This document shows positions 58,438 to 64,000 of a stretch of DNA of 64,000 nt, in pieces. The notes beneath the pieces are model-generated. The model ran no database searches and was not told the origin of the DNA. It saw nothing but the letters and a program-made list of their open reading frames with translations. How positions within the stretch are numbered: the first letter of the stretch is position 1; each line of letters begins with the position of its first letter. The stretch is from Elusimicrobiota bacterium (lineage in GTDB: Bacteria; Elusimicrobiota; Elusimicrobia; UBA1565). The translations under genes were made by a program, and so were the position numbers. The stretch covers positions 1-64,000 of the forward strand of contig JBDRPD010000108.1 of the NCBI GenBank assembly GCA_043827405.1. The letters are read 5' to 3'.

Positions 58438-59657
58438 TGGAGGAACAGCACATCGTCGGAGGCCTCGATATTGTCGAACGGCAGGCGGGAGGGCGGCGGC
58501 GCAAGCTCCTCATCGGAAGGAAGCGGCTCCAACGGAACATCTTTGGTCTCAGCGGGCTCACGGGCCGCCCGCTTTTCCTTCTTTTTCTTCCGCGGAGGCG
58601 CGGCCTTCTCCTCCGGCTCTTGCGACGCCTCTTGAGCCGCCTCTTGAGACGGCTCCTCGTCCGCTCCCGCGTCCTCGCCGCTGAAGTCGGACGCCGCTTC
58701 CAGATTGTCTTCGGCGGCTTCCTGATCCGCGACAATCGCGTCGATCTGCCCCTGAATGCTTTCCGCTTTGGCGGGATTGAGGGCTTTGGCTTGGCGCAGA
58801 TCTTCGATGGCGCCCTCCCGGTTGCCCAACTGGTTGCGCGCGACTCCCCGGTTGGCATAAGCCAGACCATGCATCGGCTTGAGCGCGATAACCCGGTTAA
58901 GGTCCTGCAGCGCCAGCTCATATTCCGCGAGCAGGAAGTAGGCGTTGCTGCGCAGATACAGCGCTTCATAATAGTCCGGGTGGTGCTTTAAAAATCGGGT
59001 AAAGTCGACTATCGCCTTCCGGTAATCTTTGAGTTCGCGGTAGGCCCGGCCGCGGTAGAAGTGCGCCCATTTGAAGCCGGGCGTCAGCTCGATGACGCGC
59101 GAGTAGTCGGCAGCCGCATACTTATGCTGTTTAAGCTTATCCTGAACCGTCCCGCGAACGATATAGACGACAGAGGCCTTGGGCGAGTACTTCAGCGCGA
59201 GATCGAGATTGGTCAGCGCCTTTTTGAGCTGGCCCTGTGAACTAAGCACGCTGCCCATGCCGAAATACGCCAGCGCGTATTTGGGATCGCTTTTGGCGGC
59301 CTTGACGAAATCCGCCCCCGCCCGCTCCAGGTCGCGCGTCACAAAACGGGCGAGTCCGCGCGCCGTGTACGTCTCAGCGCCGTTGGGACGCAGCTTGAGC
59401 GCGACGCGGGCGTCCCGGCGGGCGGAGACGATATCGCCCGTCGTCCACAGGCACATCGCGCGAAACGCCGACGCCGTCTTCCAGCCCGGCCGCTTATTGA
59501 TCGCCTGGGTCAGCAGATCGATCCCCTCATCAAACTGCGCCCGCTCATACGCTTCGATGCCTTCCCGCATCAGCCGCCTGGCCTCCGCGTTCGGCTCTCG
59601 GGGCTGGGCGGCGGCGGCGCAGGTACACGCCAATAGGACGACCGCGGCTGTTCTCAT
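58434..59657 (-). CDS. Secreted tetratricopeptide repeat protein with charged tail
   Basis: Signal peptide and about 8 canonical TPRs (AYFGMG, YIVRG, AHFYRG, AYANRG). Confidence 0.88.
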   Translation of the reverse strand: MRTAAVVLLACTCAAAAQPREPNAEARRLMREGIEAYERAQFDEGIDLLTQAINKRPGWKTASAFRAMCLWTTGDIVSARRDARVALKLRPNGAETYTARGLARFVTRDLERAGADFVKAAKSDPKYALAYFGMGSVLSSQGQLKKALTNLDLALKYSPKASVVYIVRGTVQDKLKQHKYAAADYSRVIELTPGFKWAHFYRGRAYRELKDYRKAIVDFTRFLKHHPDYYEALYLRSNAYFLLAEYELALQDLNRVIALKPMHGLAYANRGVARNQLGNREGAIEDLRQAKALNPAKAESIQGQIDAIVADQEAAEDNLEAASDFSGEDAGADEEPSQEAAQEASQEPEEKAAPPRKKKKEKRAAREPAETKDVPLEPLPSDEELAPPPSRLPFDNIEASDDVLFLQ

Positions 59658-59941
59658 TCGATCACCTTGGGCACTGTGAAATAATCCCCGTCGGACTGCG
59701 GCGCCGCCGCGAGCAGCTCCTTGCTCCCGGCGAACGGCCGCGGGACATCCTCCCGCAGCACATTTGTCAAAGCCGAAGAGTGCGCGGCCGGAGGGACTCC
59801 GTCGGTATTGATCCGCCGCAGCTCCTCCATGTGCTCGAGCACCCGTCCCAGCTGCTGCGCATAGCGGGAGAGCTCGCCCTCCGTGAGCCGCAGCCGGGCG
59901 AGATGCGCGACATGCGCCACTTCCTTTTCATCGATCTTCAT
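59654..59941 (-). CDS. gatC: Asp/Glu-tRNA amidotransferase subunit C
   Basis: EVAHVAHLARL, NVLRED, YFTVPKVIE. Confidence 0.95.
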   Translation of the reverse strand: MKIDEKEVAHVAHLARLRLTEGELSRYAQQLGRVLEHMEELRRINTDGVPPAAHSSALTNVLREDVPRPFAGSKELLAAAPQSDGDYFTVPKVIE

Positions 59942-59954
59942 AAACATCAACATC

Positions 59955-60032
59955 GGTACCGGTTATTAACATTAACTTTTGTATATGTGGGAAAGAGGCT
60001 TAACCCAAAAGTTAATGTTAATAACCGGCACC
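59955..60032. repeat. AT-rich inverted-repeat element (REP/MITE-like), copy 2
   Basis: GGTACCGGTTATTAACATTAACTTTTG ... CAAAAGTTAATGTTAATAACCGGCACC: 27-bp IR with one mismatch and a 24-nt spacer. Confidence 0.85.
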
Positions 60033-60047
60033 CTCCTCGGTGTCCTC

Positions 60048-62189
60048 CTATACGGGCGTCAGCGGCGCGTAGCGTAAAAGCAGTTTTTTCGTCTTGCCGC
60101 TGTCGAAGACTACCGTTACCTTCAGACCCTCCCCGGATCCGCTCTTGTCCGCGATGCGGCCGAGGCCGAACTCTGGATGCCGAACGCGCTGGCCGCTGCA
60201 AACCCTGGTTTGGGCCAATGGCACGATCGGCGCGATATCTTCAACGGGCTCCGCATGATAGCCCGCCAATTCCGCCTCCAGAATAAAACGCGACGGCAAA
60301 TTGGAGTATATCCGCCCGAACAAACGGCGCGTCGCCGCATGGGTCAGAAACAGCCGCTCCCGGGCGCGCGTCATCGCCACATGGCAGATGCGCCGCTCTT
60401 CCTCGAGCTCCTCCTCGGAAGCGTTGCCCGCGCCGATGGGAAACAGCCCCTCCTCAAGCCCGGTCACGAAAACGGACGGAAACTCCAGCCCTTTCGCCAG
60501 GTGGACGGTCATCAAGGTCACCGCCGGCGCGCGTTCGTCGTAGCCGTCCGCCCCGGACCGCAGCGCGACGTCCTCGAGAAAGCGCTCCAGCCGCGCGGGG
60601 GAGTCTTCCGTTCCCATCTCTTCAAATTCCTTAACGGCGTTGACCAGCTCCTGGATATTGTTCATCCGGCTGGTCGCTTCCGGATCGGTTTCCGCCAGAT
60701 TCTCCAGCCAGTCCCAGTAGCCGCTCCGATGCATCACGGACTGCAGCGTCTCGGTCGGCGCCTGCCGCGCCGCGTCCGCGGACAGGCCGTCAAGCAGATG
60801 CGCCAGCTCGCGCGCGCCGCGGCGCGCCGCGCCCGAGAGCTGGGGCACCAGGTCCGCCCGGCGCAGAGCGTCGCGCAGCGTGATGCCCGACTCGCGCGCG
60901 TACTGCGTGAGCCGCTCCTCCGCCGCTTTGCCGATGCCGCGCGCCGGCACGTTGAGGATGCGTGAGACCGAGATGCTGTCGCTGGAGTTGAGCGCCGCGC
61001 GAGCATAGGCGAGAATGTCTTTGACTTCCCGGCGCTCAAAAAAGCGAACCGAACCGACGACGCGGTACGGCAGCCGCGCCAAGCTCAGGGCCTCCTCAAA
61101 GGAGCGGCTCTGCGCGTTGGTGCGGTAAAAAATGGCGATATCGGAGAGCGCCTCCCCCTCATCGGCCAAGCCGATGATGCGGCGCACGATGCCCCGCGCC
61201 TCCTCGCGCTCGTCGGCGTACTCCACCGTGGTCACCGCTTCCCCCGCCCCCTTCTCGGTCCACAGGGTCTTGCGCACCCGCTTCTTGTTGTAGTTGATGA
61301 CGGCGGTAGCGGCCTCGAGGATATTGGACGTGGACCGGTAGTTCTGCTCAAGCTTCACGGACTTGGCGTCCTCGAAATCCGACTCGAACTCGAGGATGTT
61401 GCGGATCGTCGCGCCCCGCCACTGGTAGATCGACTGGTCCGGATCCCCCACCACGCACAGGTTGCGGTGCTGCGCCGCCAGCGTCTTGGTGATCAGATAC
61501 TGCGCGTAGTTCGTATCCTGGTATTCGTCGATGAGGATATGGGCAAAGAGCTTCTGATAATAATCCCGCGCGCTTGCGCTCTCGCGCAGGAGCTGGGAAA
61601 GCCTGAGCAGCAGGTCGCCGAAATCAAGGCTGCCGGAAGCGTCCAGCCGGCGCTGATACAGCTCGTAAACCTTCGCGACGTTCTGGCGAAAAACGTCTCG
61701 CTGCGCCATCGCATGGATCGCATAGGAGCCCGCGTCGAGCAGGTCGTCCTTGGCCCGGGAGATCACCGACACGTAAAGCCGGGCCTTGTTCGTCTCGTTA
61801 TCGAGCCCCAGTTCCTTGAGGCACTGCACGACGAGGCGCTTCTGATCGTCGGCGTCTAAAACGGTGAAGTGCGGCGTCAGCTTGAGCTCCGCCGCATGCC
61901 GGCGCAGCACCCGCACGGCGAAGGCATGAAAGGTGAACACCCAGACCCGCGACGCCTGGCCCGGCACCAGCGCATCGATCCGCCGGCGCATCTCCGCCGC
62001 CGCCTTATTGGTGAAGGTCAGCGCCAGGATGCGCGCAGGTGAGACCTCCTCGGCGATTAGCGAGGCGATGCGGTAAACGATGACGCGCGTTTTACCCGTG
62101 CCCGCGCCCGCGAGCACCAGCAGCGGACCGGCGCGATAAAGCGCGGCTTCCTTCTGCGGCGGGTTCAGTTCACACAGGTCGACGGACAT
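60048..62189 (-). CDS. pcrA: ATP-dependent DNA helicase PcrA/UvrD
   Basis: LNPPQ, AGAGTGKT, TFTNKAA, DEYQDTN, VGDPDQSIYQWRGA, LEQNYRS, KGLEF, EERR, C-terminal Tudor-like RVRHPEFG. Confidence 0.96.
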   Translation of the reverse strand: MSVDLCELNPPQKEAALYRAGPLLVLAGAGTGKTRVIVYRIASLIAEEVSPARILALTFTNKAAAEMRRRIDALVPGQASRVWVFTFHAFAVRVLRRHAAELKLTPHFTVLDADDQKRLVVQCLKELGLDNETNKARLYVSVISRAKDDLLDAGSYAIHAMAQRDVFRQNVAKVYELYQRRLDASGSLDFGDLLLRLSQLLRESASARDYYQKLFAHILIDEYQDTNYAQYLITKTLAAQHRNLCVVGDPDQSIYQWRGATIRNILEFESDFEDAKSVKLEQNYRSTSNILEAATAVINYNKKRVRKTLWTEKGAGEAVTTVEYADEREEARGIVRRIIGLADEGEALSDIAIFYRTNAQSRSFEEALSLARLPYRVVGSVRFFERREVKDILAYARAALNSSDSISVSRILNVPARGIGKAAEERLTQYARESGITLRDALRRADLVPQLSGAARRGARELAHLLDGLSADAARQAPTETLQSVMHRSGYWDWLENLAETDPEATSRMNNIQELVNAVKEFEEMGTEDSPARLERFLEDVALRSGADGYDERAPAVTLMTVHLAKGLEFPSVFVTGLEEGLFPIGAGNASEEELEEERRICHVAMTRARERLFLTHAATRRLFGRIYSNLPSRFILEAELAGYHAEPVEDIAPIVPLAQTRVCSGQRVRHPEFGLGRIADKSGSGEGLKVTVVFDSGKTKKLLLRYAPLTPV

Positions 62190-62197
62190 ACCCAGAC

Positions 62198-62203
62198 ATT
62201 TTA
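62198..62203 (-). promoter_or_regulatory. -10 box for pcrA
   Basis: TAAAAT on the minus strand, 8 nt upstream of ATG 62189. Confidence 0.5.
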
Positions 62204-62236
62204 ACCTATGAGGGAGGCGGGGGGAACAGATTTAGC

Positions 62237-62866
62237 TTACTTCTTCCCGCCGAACAAGCCGCCGATGAAGTGGCCGAGCAGACCGCCGACCACGGCGCCG
62301 ATCAAGCCGCCGATCGGTCCGCCGAGCGCGGTGCCGATGATGGCGCCGCCCACGATGCCGAACGATGCGCCATAATCGCCCTTTTTGTAGAAGTGCGCTC
62401 CCGCCAGCGCCATCCCGGCTCCCGCCAGCGCGCCGAGAGGGCCGCCGGTGAAAAATCCCTGCAGGCCGCCGAGCAGCGCCGCCCCGCCGTAATGCGCCCA
62501 GTCCGGGAGATTCGACAGCATGCCGCCTTCCTTCTTCCCGCCCGGCGGCGATGGCACGCTGTCCGCATCCTTATTGGCGTCGGCCTGCGCCACCGTGAAG
62601 TTTCCCGACGCGCCGCGCAGACCGCTGCCGTTGACGGCATGCGCGGCGTTGACAACGCCGCCGCTGCCGTTTCCGTCCATGACCCGGCCGGCCAGCGCAT
62701 GCGAGGTCTCGTTGGAATGCGCCCCGGCCGCATAGCCGACATCGCCCGCCATCTCCTTGACCTTGCCGTAGGTGGGCGAAGCGCCGAATTCGACCGCGGC
62801 CTCCGCCGAGAAAGCGCAGGCGGTCAAAATCCCGCTTAAGATAACGGTGGACACGAATTGCTTCAT
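62237..62866 (-). CDS. Secreted glycine-zipper protein
   Basis: Signal peptide, low-complexity linker, C-terminal GxxxG repeats (GGPLGALAGAG, GGPIGGLIGAVVGGLLG). Confidence 0.8.
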   Translation of the reverse strand: MKQFVSTVILSGILTACAFSAEAAVEFGASPTYGKVKEMAGDVGYAAGAHSNETSHALAGRVMDGNGSGGVVNAAHAVNGSGLRGASGNFTVAQADANKDADSVPSPPGGKKEGGMLSNLPDWAHYGGAALLGGLQGFFTGGPLGALAGAGMALAGAHFYKKGDYGASFGIVGGAIIGTALGGPIGGLIGAVVGGLLGHFIGGLFGGKK

Positions 62867-62944
62867 AGCCTATCATTAGGATACCGGCCGTTCCGCCGCG
62901 GCGTAAGAGCAGGGCGGCCCCCTATTTTCTGGGACCAAAGGCCT

Positions 62945-64000
62945 ATGCGCAGCACTTTCATACTTGCCGCCGCACTGCTCACCGCCGCCGCGTTGGGCGC
63001 CTTCGCTGAACCCGGCGCCACCTACGACGACGCCCCCGGAGAAACCGCGGCGCAAAAACCCGGCCTGTCGCCCGAAGGCGAAAAGAAGGTCCAGGAAATA
63101 CGTGAACGCATCGCCCGGGGCGAGCGCGTCGATGTAAAGCAGGCGTTCTCGGGGCTCATGGAAACGGAACTCAGGAATGCCTGGCCCCTGATCGACCAGC
63201 TGGCACGAGAACTAAGCAGCAACGGCAACGCCGATCTCACCCAGGCGCGAATGGGAATGTGGCGGCAGTATATCGACAAATACAACGACATGCCGGAAGG
63301 TCATATCGGACTGGGAGAAAGCAGCGCCGACAGCGAAGACTATGAGGGGGCGGTGCTGTCGTTTTCCCGGGCGATCGAGCTTGGAGCGCTGCGGCCGGAC
63401 CTGTTCTACAAGCGGGGGCTCGCCGCGGACCGCATCGGAGACTATGAGCTCGCGCACCGCGACGCGGCGATGACGCTGAAAATGGAGCCGGACGATCAGA
63501 AAGCCTTATCGCTCTTCAAGCTCACGCGCGACCGTCCCTCCAAGACCTATATCGACCTGCAGACGGGACGGCTCCTCGCCGCCGCCGCCGCCGTCGCGCC
63601 GCAAAGAGGCGGCGCCTCCGCCGCAGCCGCGCGCATACCCGGAGACAAAACCGCCGCTATCCCGGCGGAGACCGACCCCGTCATGCGGTCCACGCACCGG
63701 ACGCGCGACGCACAGCACTACCTGCAGCTGGGCAACGCGGCGGCGGCGGCCGCGGCGGCGAAAAACGCCATCGAGCTTAACCCGCGAAACGCCCAGGCGC
63801 ACAATCTGCTGGCCACCGCCGAAGAGCGCGCGGGCGATCATAAGGCCGCGATCAAAAACGCCACGCGGGCTCTCGAGCTGCAGCCCGGCAGCGTCCCGGC
63901 GCTGAATACGCGCGCCTGGTCCAAAAGCGGCCTCGGCCATTTCGCGGCGGCGCTTGACGATGCCCGCGGGATATTGACCGCTGATCCCTACAACGCTTTC
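62945..64000 (+). CDS. Secreted TPR protein (partial, runs off the window; absent from the ORF track)
   Basis: Manual translation from ATG 62945: MRSTFILAAALLTAAALGAFAEPG..., TPRs LFYKRGLAADRIGDY, AHNLLATAEERAGDH, ALNTRAWSKSGLG. No stop before 64000. Confidence 0.85.
   Translation, partial: MRSTFILAAALLTAAALGAFAEPGATYDDAPGETAAQKPGLSPEGEKKVQEIRERIARGERVDVKQAFSGLMETELRNAWPLIDQLARELSSNGNADLTQARMGMWRQYIDKYNDMPEGHIGLGESSADSEDYEGAVLSFSRAIELGALRPDLFYKRGLAADRIGDYELAHRDAAMTLKMEPDDQKALSLFKLTRDRPSKTYIDLQTGRLLAAAAAVAPQRGGASAAAARIPGDKTAAIPAETDPVMRSTHRTRDAQHYLQLGNAAAAAAAAKNAIELNPRNAQAHNLLATAEERAGDHKAAIKNATRALELQPGSVPALNTRAWSKSGLGHFAAALDDARGILTADPYNAF

Noticed and set aside
59947..60201. Small ORFs spanning the inverted-repeat elements (59947-60201, 28230-28502) and the track's 5' extensions of gatC and the Cys/Met lyase
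   Set aside because: They are translations of palindromic non-coding DNA; family similarity begins at the downstream ATGs.

Overview
This is a gene-dense, high-GC bacterial chromosomal window. The S20 N-terminus MAKLKTGRHT and the gene order suggest Elusimicrobiota (inference from recall, not a search). It is mostly housekeeping: phoH-ybeY, leuS-lptE-holA, rpsT, uvrC, pilB-pilT-pilC, gltX-nadK-comEC-metB, dnaX-recR, nagZ, rsmI-tsaC-ywlE-glyA-RR-mtnP-cdd-accB-[ZnR/TPR]-accC-gmhA-rfaE2-thiN, and pcrA-gatC-[TPR]-gatA-gatB. Many uncharacterised exported or membrane proteins are interleaved. I saw no rRNA, tRNA, CRISPR array, transposase or prophage. The most notable observations are: (1) a secreted 7-blade WD40 propeller fused to two tandem di-haem cytochrome c peroxidase/MauG-family domains (four CXXCH), resembling a fused IdrP1-IdrP2 pair without idrAB, encoded 10 nt downstream of a sodium:solute symporter; (2) two distant bitopic proteins (one GYF-like, one zinc-ribbon/TPR) that appear to share an unannotated C-terminal domain, the GYF-like one directly upstream of pilBTC; (3) two related ~80-bp AT-rich inverted-repeat elements with GGT(A/G)CCGG ends; (4) a recurrent leaderless-type promoter layout; (5) several apparent pseudo-enzymes or motif variants (HemQ/Cld lacking the haem helix, HD-GYP with HD->HG, BCCP with AGKE, ComEC SGxK) and a cytidine deaminase with a Lys/Arg-rich tail. 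All family calls come from motif reading only.
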